A stretch of 45,391 nucleotides of DNA, taken from NCBI GenBank assembly GCA_013115125.1, contig JABANN010000265.1, forward strand, positions 1 through 45,391, given 5' to 3'. Under the pieces are notes generated by a model. That model was not told where the DNA came from. It made no database searches and worked only from the letters and a program-made list of their open reading frames with translations. The DNA comes from Perkinsus olseni (Eukaryota). Below are positions 22,997 through 35,093 of this stretch, piece after piece (position 1 is the stretch's first letter; each line of letters opens with the position of its first letter). The translations under genes were made by a program, and so were the position numbers.

Positions 22997-25684
22997 ATGA
23001 TCGATCAACTGCCATCTATACCAATTTGGAATCTCCTCACTGCTATATACACGGGCGTGCTTGCATGCCTCTGTTCCTGGGCTGTCTTCCTCATGCCTGG
23101 GGGCCACGGAGCTAACATTACGGTACTAGGGAGGGATAGGCGCGGCGATCGGGGTCCCTTTGGGGCCTGCTAGCTACGATGGAGTGTATTGCCGTTCCCC
23201 CGTGTTCTTAGGTCCTCGCTCCTATCTGGGCCTTGATCACCGCTTTCTTGGACGTCAGCTCCAACTACGATCAGTCATTGAGGTCTCTGGTTGGTGCGGT
23301 CTTGGGACTCTTCTGCACGGAACTAGTGGCCCTACTGGTTACAGTATGCTCCACCACCGGCTACAGCGCCTGGATCGGCGTCATCGTCAGCTTCCCACTC
23401 ACGTTCCTACTGGCAATAGGCGATCCGGCTAGTGGTAGCAAGCTGTGCAAGCTATTCCGGTCGGACGTGGCGATGGAGTCCATGTATATTCCCTTGGCAT
23501 TCCCCAACGGCCAGCCCTTCTACCACGGGCTTCTCAGCTCGGGTGCATTTGCGGTTGGGTCTGTGGAGACGATTGTCGCTACTACCGTTCTGAACGCTTT
23601 CAATCTGCTACCTAGGTCTTCGGTCCCAGCCATACCAGCGTTTGCAAGAGCAGCTGCGGACTACTTCGAGACACTAGCCACCTACGTCACCAGCGGCACG
23701 GATCATCTGAACTTCATCGACCGCCAGAGAGCTCACTTCGATGTGGCATGGCGTGCTGCAGCAAAGGCGGCGCCCAACCCGAAGATTCGGAGCATCATCT
23801 ATCAGATGTCCTCTGAGTTGATCGCGCTTAGACAGACGTTGCGGGACGGCTCCTACAGTCAGAGCATTCTCCACTATATCTGGCATCCTATAGTACCTGA
23901 CTTGGTGGACCTGAGGCTAGAGGTAGTCTATTGGCTAAGGCAAACGGCTATGCCTTTGAGGCCCGGAGAGGATATCGATGAGACGGAGCTCCTAGCGCTA
24001 GCGGAGCAAGTGCAAGGGAGGTTAACTGACGAGTCATTGTTATACAGCAAGGCTGTGGTGTCGGGAGAGTCGGCCTTGTCGCCGGCGAATGACATCGTTC
24101 GGTTCCAGTTTGCCTTCTCTCTAATAGCACATTTCGCCGTACTCGCAGATGAGTTCCACACACTAATCAGGGAATACGATATGAGCCTTCCAGAGAAGAC
24201 CAATAGAGTAAGTAGGGTATCCTAGGTTGATGCGTGGTTCTGATGAATTCTTCCGCTCCGAACGCCCCGTAACGATCATCTTTTTCGGAGATTATTTTTG
24301 TCTTTTTCAGTTTGACTGGTGGGGCCGACTGCGCCGCTATCTCGCCGAGTGTAAGGAGTATTGGATCCATTGGTGGCACCTGCCCTTCTGGGCCTACGGC
24401 AATATGACTCTCAGACAAAGGCTTGTGCATCCGTTGAGGTTGTCTCTTTCGATCACCCTCTTCGCACTGCCTCTCATTGCCTGGGCTCAGGGGGAGCCTG
24501 TAGTGGAGTCCTACGGTTTCTGGGGACTAGTACCGCTCCTCTTCTGTCTTTTACCGACTCCGGGTGCGTCACTGGTCAAGGGGACCAAGCGTATCATTGG
24601 CACACTACTAGCAGCTGTCACTGCCATCATCTGCGTATCGGCTAATCCCCGCAATATCCCCGCCTACGAGGTCGAGCTGTTCGTAGTGGTCACCTTGGGC
24701 AAGCTGGTCTCGCTGTATCCCAGCATCGACTACGCCGGTACCGTCTTTGCCTTTACGTGGATGATCATTGGTATCGTCCCTAGCCTCAACGAAACTTATG
24801 ACAGAACGCAGATGATCTACTGGTCCCTGTGGAGAGTGGCTCTGACCCTGATTGGCACTTTCGGCGGAACCGTGATCACGTGTTTCGTCTTCCCGACCTT
24901 TGCTATGACCAAGCTCAACAAGGAGTCTGCCCATGAGCTTCTTACCCAGGCCGACATGGTCGCTGGTTCTATCGAGGAGCTGTGCCGTATCGAGAAGGGC
25001 CCCGCGGTTAATCCGGATAACCGCCGGTACGAAGTTGGAGATTCCTTCTGGAAGTCGTGTGATACCCGCACTGGTCTGACCCCAGAGGCCAGGGCTGAAG
25101 CGCTGGTGTTGGGGAAGACTTCGTTCGTGGACGACACCACTCGATCTGTGATCAGAATTCAGGGGCATATCAGCTGCATGGGAAGGAGCTCCTTGGTGGC
25201 CCATGCTACACTGGCTGACTGCACACGCGCTATTGCGGAGCCTTCTATTAGCTTGGTGCTGGATCCACTACGCGACGATCTCTCTAAGCTGGCGGCGTCC
25301 ATTCGGGACTCGGCCTCGAAGGTGGCACTGCAGGTCCTGGACGATCACAGTTCGAAGAAGATTATAGTGGATGGGGACTTGGTCGGCAGTCAAGTAAATG
25401 TCGAGATGCAGAACATAGTGGACCACTTCGTACGCATCCGAGAGGGCATTCTGTCAGGAAAGGACGCCAACCTCGACGCCTTCACCAAGGCCATCCGGGC
25501 CGGCCTCTATACCCTGTACCACAGCTTGTACACGTTGAGAATGTTCACCGACGACTGGGTCAGGATTGAAACAGTCATCCTGGGGTACAAACAGCTTGGT
25601 CCAAAACGGACAAGAGCATTAAGTGGCGCCCCCAAGGAGATGGTCAGCCGTGCCAGAGTTCATCAGCCCAACAACAAGCCGTGA
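22997..25684 (+). CDS. ALMT/FUSC family transporter, copy 3, subfamily A (about 831 aa; exons 22997-23122, 23212-24207, 24311-25684)
   Basis: Phase-0 introns. Motifs GASLVKGTKRIIGT, YAGTVFAFTW, FRSDVAMESMYIPLAFPNG. Confidence 0.88.
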
Positions 25685-25949
25685 GCTATTTAAAATCCAT
25701 CCTCTTCAGTGGGTAGATGCCGACGACGTTCTCAGGGGCCTTCGGTGTGGTAGGTTATTCTCGACACTATCTTCACTGTTCAACGTCGAGCTCACTGTTG
25801 TTGCCTCGTTGGTAGTATTACCACTTTGATACCGTGCATACATTATTAGCAAAAGTGCTTTCGAATTATATCTGCGTTGTGGCTTCTCCGTCTACCTTGC
25901 AGCGTCGAGTTCGATTGCGATTGGAGAATCGGCTAGGTTTCGACCGAGG

Positions 25950-28741
25950 ATGGTCGACGAGCCGCGTGTTTCGGTCAGCATGCCGCTTTCCAGCGTGAAT
26001 GGATTGCCTACTCTCACCTACTTCCAGCTGGCCAACGCGCTCTCCAGCAGCCTGGTGGCCTGTGGTGTAGCGTCGGCACAGTTTCTGCCGTGGTTTGGAG
26101 ATCGATTCAGCAATCAGCTATTTGTAATAGAGTGGTCGGTCTAGAAGTGGAGTTCTTGTACTTTGTCTGATTTCCGTGCTCACTAGTGAGTCACTAGCGG
26201 CTAGTCACTAGCCGCTAGTGGTGTATTCCTAGGAGGCTATGTGGGCATTATCTGTAGCGGCTTGGATCGTGAATCTGTCTATGCACGGTGATCACTCATT
26301 ATTATTTCAGGCCCTCTCGACAGCATGGGCACTTTCGTATACCTCACTAGACTATTCCTTCTCAGTGGATTTCGCATGGAAGACATACATTGGAGCGGCC
26401 ATCGGAGCGGCGCTCGGGGCGGTGGTGGCCTATGCTACAGCGCCTCTCAACGGTGACATCTACAGTCCGGCATGGTCCTGTCTGTTCGGACTGCCCTTCT
26501 GCTTCATTCTCGCTATGGGGTGCCAGGGGAAGGCGTCGGAGGTGTACTCTTATACGAGCGCTCTCCTCAGGATGTACAGCATTCTGGCATTTGGTGAGGG
26601 CGAGCCCTACAACAAGGCCCTCTTTATCATACTAGTTGGTTTTTTCTCTGATATGGTGCCGATGCTCATCGTTTCTGTCCTCAATTGTTCCAACCTTCTG
26701 CCGGTTAAGTGCTCACCGCCGCTGCCGCGCTTTGAACGCGCGTTGAAGGGCTACCTGGAGCTGTCGGTCTTCCATCTGGCGGATGCGGTGGACCATCAAA
26801 ATGAGTTCAATCGGAAGCGGAATGACCTGGTCGAGGCGCACCGCGCTGTTGTGAGAGGCAACGTTTCGAAGCCGCTGAAGCTGGACGTGGCGAACATAGT
26901 CGGTCTCCTGTATGGCTTCCACGCATGTACTACAGCCGAGGGCTTTGGGGCGCAAGCGCGGGCCCACTTCTGGGAGCCACTGCGAAGGGACATGTGGGAG
27001 CTGGTTTCCCGTGTTGGTAGGGCGCTGACGGAGTCTTTCGATCCGGACCTGGTGGAGAGTCTGAGGACACTAGGCGGCCGGGTGACGCAGCAGATTAAAA
27101 GCTTGACGGTCGAGTACAGCCGGAACGTAGCGGACGCTAAATGCGCAGTGTTTTCTGGGAAGGAGTTGGCGCGAATAGAGATGGCCTTGCTCACAGTGCC
27201 ACGGTGTAGTATAATAGTTGCGGATTATGTCGAAAAGAGACGCAAGGAGGATTCGACTCGCGATCCGATTACTTGTCAAGTAATGTCGGGCGGTGGCGCG
27301 CTTGTCCTTTGCTGCAAGCGCTGCCGACGGGTTGGTCTTTTTTCAGTTACCATTGCCGTCGTTCGTTCGGGACTTCCAAGATTGGCTTCGGAAGCCCTGG
27401 TACCCTCCCACCCTCTCTTGGTGGGAGCGCATCCGCTACCCTTTGCGACTCACCATCTGCCTTCAAGCCGTCGTCTGGCTAGCAGTTGGTCTGGCCACCC
27501 GGTTCGAGGTTCTAGCAGCGGAGGGGTGGTGGATAATTGTTCCGGCGATCTTATGCTCGTTCGATGCTTTCGGCTTGACGGTCATCAAAGGCGCGCGACG
27601 GATATTTGGTATCTTCCTAGGTGGGGTCCTTGCGCTGGTACCTGTTGCGATTCATCCGGTTAATCGGCCAGCCTTCTTGCTGGAGCTCTTCATCGTCGGT
27701 AGTATCACCAAGCTGGTCACTGACTTCCCCAGCGTCGACTACACTGGTCTGCAAACCGGGGTCACATTCATCATTGTGGGGTTTGCTGATGGTATCAACC
27801 CGGGCCTGAGGGAGGATGAACGCTTTCAACTGGCCGGGTTGCGCCTCCTTTGCAACACGGGTGGGCTGGTTTTATTCGTGCTAATGACTTTGCTGACGCG
27901 CCCGCCCTATTCGGGTCACCTTCTCGCCAAAACCACATCGCGAGAGCTCGGCAGCATGGCCGATTACGTGTCGTCGGTTGTGAGGGCATTGCGAGCTGGG
28001 CCTGAGGTAGCCTTTCCAGACAGGGTGGAGAAGGGTTTGTCTCTACTGGACGCTGATGCCGCGAGAATAGCGAAGATTCCCTCGGTCGAGACAGAAGCTA
28101 GAGCATTGAAGGTATTGCGAATAACTACTACTGGCTGTGGGGTGAAGCCAAAGAGACTCGCTGCTGCGCAAACCCACATGTCGAGTCTATTGCACAGCAT
28201 TGCCGTGGTCTTCACAGAGTTCCACAACTGCGATCGCAAGATGGGCCCGGCGGCACGGCAGTTGCTGCTTGAGCCGATATCGGGCCTCCTGGAAGATTTC
28301 GAAGAGTCCTTGAAGGCGTCTGCCGAGGAGCTCAGCGTCGTATTGACGCGGAAAGTGTCTGCTAGTAGAGCCATCAGAGCCGCCCGGGATGTTTTAGAGG
28401 CCTACTTGCGGCTGGCTGCGGCTTTCGAGACGGTTCGTGCAGAGCTGTTATTTAGGCGAACGTGGGCTACTTCGGGGGAAGTGATGGCGTCGACAAAGCT
28501 GGCTGAGGTCGTGTCTGGAGGCGGAGGGGTCGGAGTGCACGTGGCCGTGTATACTCTAGGGCACTTCATCGAAGATTGGATAACGGTCGCTAACAGCTTG
28601 CTAGGTTCGGATATAAGGCCTCCCAACGACCCGCCGTCTGAAAAGGATTGGACGACGTCGGTGGACTCCGTTTCACCGGGCTCTTGCATCCTCACAGTGC
28701 CGAGGTGTGTGTCGGAGGGTTCGTTGCTACGACGGAAGTAG
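25950..28741 (+). CDS. ALMT/FUSC family transporter, copy 4, subfamily B (about 845 aa; exons 25950-26123, 26311-27279, 27347-28741)
   Basis: Phase-0 introns. Motifs GLTVIKGARRIFG, YTGLQTGVTF, C-terminal LLFRRTW..GGGVGVH. Confidence 0.87.
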
Positions 28742-29154
28742 GAGAATCTATAAATCTTTGGCGTGCGTTCATCATGAACGTCAAATTAGTATTCATGGCT
28801 AGTCGAGCCGCCGACTGGTAATATTCATGGTTCATTTTTTCTTCTTCATCGGGTCTCAACGGCCCCCTTTGTTTGAAGAGCTCGTTGCCGGCGACGTTAT
28901 CATTTTTTCAATCTTCATAGTATTGAAAACATTGACGCAGTCGCGTTCACGCTGCGAAGGTATACATTTACTGAATGGTCACTGGCTGAACAAACCCAAA
29001 CTGAATGGTCTCTGCCAGATAACATTCAGTTCGGGTTTGTCCAGAGACTCTCTGGGCAGCTCTACTGAGAGAGGAGGAATGGTCCGCCCCGTCACGGGCT
29101 CTCCTTCGTTTGATCGCATTTGTCAGTGCTGGCTTACGCTCGGCTTGGCCCACT

Positions 29155-32002
29155 ATGGCTGATGCCTTCCTCGATCGACAGTACACGAGATTTCGGCTCC
29201 TAGACGCCCTCTACACCGGCCTTCTCACCTGTGTTGTATCAGGCATCCAGTTTTTGCCTTTCGCCAAGGGCCATTTCGAGGTCCAGCTGTGGGTAGTACA
29301 AGGGACCGTTGCTTGCGTCATTGAGCACCGTCACCGTACTCTCGTGCTTGGCCGTTTGCGTGGTCTCTTTCCTTGGGAATTTGCTGATAAAATCATATCA
29401 TGTCTATTCTCAGGCTCTTGCAACTGTCTGGGCGGCCATGACGAGTACGCTCGATTATCATACGGCCGTTACCGAGTCGTGGAAGATTTACCTGGGCAGC
29501 GTTATGGGCGGTACGGTATCAGTGGTAGGAGCTGCCATTGTCGTGGCTTGTAACGGCGGAAAGTACAATGTCCTCTGGGGCAGTTTGTTCGCCTTGCCGT
29601 TTTGTTTCTTGGGGGCCTGTATGTACGTCGGTAAGATGTCGGAGGCTTTATCGTGGGTGAGCTTTGTCGTGAGGCTTTACAGTGTTGCTACCTTTGCTGG
29701 CGAGGCTGAGCCTTTCGCCAAAATGGCCTTCACTGTGGTTATGGGCTTCGTGGCCGATATCGTTCCGGTGCTGGTGACGGCGGTTCTGAACATTTCCGGC
29801 TTGCTGCCGAGTAAAGGCCCGCCTCCATTTGACGCCTTCGAACGAGCGACTCGGGACTTCTTGGAGACCAGTATGATCTGTGGTATGGAGGCCGGTGACC
29901 ATAGGAAGGAGTTGGCTCGGCGACAGAAGGCGATGCACGACGCTATGAGGGCTGCGCTGCCGAAGGCTGATAGGGGCTTGCAGGTCTCCATGTTCAAGAT
30001 GGCCGCGATATTGGACGGATTTACGGCAGCGTGCTCGGTCAAGTACCTCGACCCAGTGGTTAACCGAGAGCTGTGGGAACCCCTCCAGGCGGACCTGCGA
30101 GCATTGTGCTCTAGAGCGTTCCGAATTCTCAGCGGAACTCCGGAAAAGGTGGACGAAGTTGAAGAGTTGCGACGAAGCGGCGAGCGCGTGAAGGTTCGTA
30201 TCAAGCTGATGCTGATGTCCTACAGTAAGGGCTTGGTCAGATGCGAGGACTGGAGGTGGGTGGCGTCGGGGAGGGAGCTCTCTAGGGTTGAGGCAGCTCT
30301 GATTGCTGTACCACATTTTGCGGAAGCTTTGGCGAGTTATTTAGAGGCAAAGCCGGAGGGGGTGCCGAGGAAGAGTTGGGCAGATTATGTAAGTCGGATG
30401 AGGGACTTTCGCGACTGAGGGAGGCTCATCCGGGGCTTCTCTCGCCGAGTCTTTCCGTACGGCTGACTGAGTGTGTCTGAGAGTAGCTCGCTATCGTTGT
30501 CGCCGCTTGCTGTGCATGGTGAGATTCGCGCAATGTAGTTGACGGCGGCTTGGGCGAATGCATTCTCATGTGGTAAGTACTGCCTTTCTATCAGCCTGGA
30601 TTCTCAGGTTCCCCTGCCACCTTTCGTGATGAATTTCCGGGCTTGGTGGAAGAAGCCTTTGCTCCCTCGGATGTCTGCTTGGAGTTTCCTCGCCTTCCCT
30701 CTACGCTTCACTCTAGCTGTGCAGTTATTACTCTGGCCTGTATTGGGCTTGGCACAGAAGTACTCTTCCCTGGCGGTGGACGGCTGGTGGGTCGTACTAG
30801 TGGCTGTCATGTGCTCCTTCCCCGAGGTCGGGCCTACGGTCAGCAAAGCTCTCAGGCGGCTTGCAGGGGTCGTTGCTGGCGGAGTATTAGCAGTCATAGC
30901 GATACTTGTTAACCCAGGGAACGCACCGGCTCTGATGCTAGAGCTCTTCATCGTCACTTGCGCTGCAAGGTTCCTCACAGGAACGCCGAAGTATGGTTAC
31001 GCTGGCTTGCAGATGGGCGTTACTTTTGCCATCATGGGCTTCGCTGACGGTATTGCAGTGTCCCTGACTCAGACCGAGAGGGAAATCTTTGCGGCGAAAA
31101 GGTTCCTATTCACACTTACTGGGCTGATCGGCTCAACGCTGATTCAAGTGGTCGCTTGGCCCTCCTTCTCTTCTAAATTACTCGCACAGGCGACGGCAGC
31201 CGAATTGAAGGAAATCTCTAAAGCCGTGTCAGCTGCCGTACTGCAGCTGTTGCTTCGAGACGAAAACGGCAGGCGTGATGCTGGTTGCCAATTTGAGAGC
31301 GACGCCGAGCTCCTGTTGCTGGGACTCGACTCTGAACGACGTAAGAAAGTATCTTCGGTGGCAGAGGAGGACGTTTTCTTCCGACTGGTGAGAGTGAGCA
31401 CCTCTAGCGGAGCTGTCACCACGAGGAAGCTACTGGCTGCACAGGAGGCGATAGGAAGAGCGCACACGAGTGCCATTGTCGCTTACGAGGGGCTGAGGGC
31501 GTGCGGTGCTTGCATGAGTGGCTTTGCGGCTTCCGTGCTGTTGCTTCCCGTCCGTGCCAGACTTTCGGAGTTTGCAGAGTTCTGTGAAGCCTCAGGGGAG
31601 CGTCTATCAGAATCGCTGTTACGTGCTTCGGCCCTGACTCGAGCTAGGGACGCCTGCCGAGAGACCTTGGATGCGACGCTTGCAGTCATTTCTGCCTTCG
31701 AGGACGTTCGCATGGAGCTGCTATTCCGCAAGACCTGGACGCGCCGGGCAGAGGACGGGGATATCTCTTCCACTGCTATGGTCGAGGCTCTCGCCTATGG
31801 AGGCGGCCTTGGGCTGCATATAGCTCTGCACGCTCTCGAGGCCTTCGTACGCGATTGGACTGATGCTGCCAACATACTTCTCGACTGCGACATTAGACTG
31901 CCAAATTTCCCTCCTGATGGTTCCGGCTGGAATCACACAGGGAAAAATATTCCCACGACGCTTGCGAGACGGAGTCTATCAGAAGTAGTCATTCGCAAGT
32001 GA
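29155..32002 (+). CDS. ALMT/FUSC family transporter, copy 5, subfamily B (about 835 aa; exons 29155-29292, 29414-30388, 30608-32002)
   Basis: Phase-0 introns. Motifs GPTVSKALRRLAG, YAGLQMGVTF, LLFRKTW..GGGLGLH. Confidence 0.87.
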
Positions 32003-32297
32003 CTACTAATCACTTTCACATGTTTGTTGTCCAAGCTTATCGGGGGCTTGCTCGATGCGGATTTTTACGGTCGTGCTGGGCTGAAGGCCCTTTGCATGCA
32101 CAGTAGAAGTCGAGCATATATGAATACTTATATCCGAACGCGCTTATCGCGAATAATTTTTTAGGCCGGTCAAGAGGCGGGCTTTGAGTTATGGTAGGCG
32201 GAGCTCGGTCCTGGAGCGAGTTCCGATTAACCTCGCCCCAAGTTGCCGCCATCGTTTTTCTCTAGGTAGTTCCCATGTCCATTGGTTTGTGGTAAAA

Positions 32298-34954
32298 ATG
32301 ACCGGGTATGCGTCAAGTTACGTGATACCGCAATTTCCTCGTTACCAGCTACTCAACGCTCTCTATACCGGCGTTGTGGCTTGCTTGTGTGCAATACCAC
32401 AGTTCCTGCCCGTCCTGGAGGAGAACTTGAACCGCCATCTTTACGTAAGACAAAATGATTCCAGAGTTGCTTGAGTGGATTAAGTAGCCGAGATTACGCG
32501 TTTTCAGGCCTTGGCGATAGTATGGTCGTTGAACACGAGTTCTCTGGACTTCCCAACAGCTCGTGAGATGTCGTGGAAGATCTTCATGGGGAGTTGCGGC
32601 GGAGCGTGTTTGGCCAGCGCGGTTGTATCACTCGCCACTGCCATGAACCAAGGCGTCTATAATCCCTTCTGGGGCACTCTACTGGCTACGCCTGTCTGCT
32701 TCGCCGTTGCGACGGGCCAAAGGTCGAAGTTCGTCAACGTTTACTCGTACATAAGTTGCCTGCTGAGGATGTACAGCGTGGTCACCTTTGGTGGCGCTCT
32801 TCCCTTCGTCAAGATCTTCTCAGAGATGCTGGCGGGCTGCATTGCAGGCTTCGTGCCACTGACTCTAGTTGCCATACTCAACTGTCTAAATTGGTTGCCG
32901 CGCAGTCGACCCGATCCCTTGCCGCTTTATGAGCACTCTTCCACGAGCTTTCTCGAGTCCTCTGTGTGCTTCATCTTGGACGGTGAGAGGCATCGAGATG
33001 AGCTCGATCGGAAGCTGCGGAAGCTCGCTAGCTCCCGCCGCGCTGTGATGTCCAGTACCACGAACGATGCTCTCAAGCTGTGCGTGTTTCGTATGACAGG
33101 CTTCCTCGATTGCCTGAGGGTCTCCTGTACACTTGACGCCTTCAGCTCGGCTGCTGTGAAGTACTTCTGGGAGCCCGTCCAAACTGATATGTGGTACCTT
33201 GTATCGGGCAGCATCGCCCTTCTCCGCGACGGCCCTACACGGTACGATCCTGCTGAGCTCGAAGAGGCGGGCAAGAGGCTTCGCATACAAATTAAGGAGA
33301 CTATGATGAACTACAGCAGAGACGTGGCTGACCGCAAGTCTGTTCTGGTGTCGACAAGGGAGATGGCTCGTGCCGAGTCAGCCATGTTGGCCACTCCTCG
33401 GTTTTCTATTCTAGCGGCGGAGTACGCTCGATTGAAATGCTCTGAAGGGAAAGCTTCTAGGACGATCGAGAGCTATGTGAGTCGAGCGTGGTTAGTCGCT
33501 TCCTTGTCGATCAGCTTCTGTCCCAGGTACCCTTGCCTGTGTGGTTGCGTCATCCTGTCCTGTGGTTCCACAGGCCGCTGTATCCACCGAAGACGCCTAC
33601 TTGTGAGAAGCTTTCCTTCCCTTTGAGATTGTGTACCACACTCACTATTATACTTCTCTCCATACTTTGCGCCGGTACACGGTTCGAGATCGTCAAGAGC
33701 GAGGGATACTGGATTGCTGTATCAGCAATCACTTGCTTTCTGCCGACCCTCGGCGCCACTCTAGGCAAAGGCTTTCGGCGTCTCATGGGAGCCCTTTTGG
33801 GCGGAGTTCTGGCGCTAGTCGCCGTCACAGTTCACCCCAATGACAAGGACGCGTTTATGCTCGAGCTCTTCTTGATTGCCAGTGCGGCCAAGTTCCTCAT
33901 GCAGTTACCCAAGATCGGGTATGCCGGTATGCAGATGTGCACAACCTTTGTCATTGTTGGCTTCGCTAATGGCATCGATGACACCTTGTCGGAGCCGAAA
34001 AGACGTGAGCTCGCGGCCCTTCGTATGCTCTTTACTGTCCTGGGTTTGCTGGTGTCCCTCGTTCTCTGCGTGGTCACCTACCCGACCTTTTGCTGTCGTC
34101 GGCTTGCTCAGGGCACGGCGGAGGAGATTGACACGATTGCGGGGGTAGTGGCTTCCGGAATCGAGGCGTTAGTGCAGCGGAATCCAGACAGTCAAGGGGC
34201 CAATGATTGCTTCAAAGGTTTACTGGAGACTGGTACGGTGCTGCTTGACGCCAACTCTGCCAGGGTTGCAGAGAGTCCATGGGCGGATGAGGAGACCGTC
34301 TTCCTCGGCTTGCTTGGCATCAATCCTTCTCGCTGCAAAGTCCATGCAAAATCTATATTGTCCGGTCAGCGGCTGGTGACACGAGTTATCACCAGTGCAT
34401 TGGTGGCGTACGATAATCTGAAGAACTGCGACGAGAGGATGAGCGCTACGTCCGATCATCTCCTGCTTGAACCTGTACGACCGCTGCTCACTGAGCTGAG
34501 CTCGAAGCTCTTGGTATCTGCCACCGAGATTCAGGACGTCCTCGTCGGCAAGGCGGATGTTGAGGCTGCTCGGGACGCGACGGCTGAGACGTTGGAAGCC
34601 ATGGTGAGAATCTTCGCGCAGTTCGCAGATGTGCGCAGCAAGCTGCTGTACAGTCGAACTTGGACGGCGGAGCGAGAGGTGACTGCCTCGACGAAAATGG
34701 TGGAGGTTTTCTCTAGCGGTGGTGGAGTTGGCCTGCACGAGGCATTGCACAATGTTGGGGTCTTCATCGAGGACTGGGTCGCTCTGGCCAACGCCTTGCT
34801 TGGATCAGACGTGCGCCCTCCGAACATGCCAGCAGAGGATATCGAGCTTGTACCATACGGTGCTTCCGAAACGAAGCCTAAGCGTCGAAGAAGTAGAGCC
34901 ATAACGGCCGCTACCTTTTCGTACAAGCGTCGGAGTCGCGAGCATCTCGTTTGA
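32298..34954 (+). CDS. ALMT/FUSC family transporter, copy 6, subfamily B (about 847 aa; exons 32298-32444, 32508-33476, 33527-34954)
   Basis: Phase-0 introns. FLPTLGATLGKGFRRLMGALLGG is the closest match to the ALMT signature; also YAGMQMCTTF. Confidence 0.9.
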
Positions 34955-35093
34955 GTTGGTATCTGTCCTCTCTATTATTACTCCATAATATATTGGCTTT
35001 GCCGCATATTATTTTCCTTCACTCGATAGTCTTCTGTTGGCCTCTTCCTGGCAGTGGGCGTGGATTTTTCGATTCTCAGTGTTCCACTTGACA

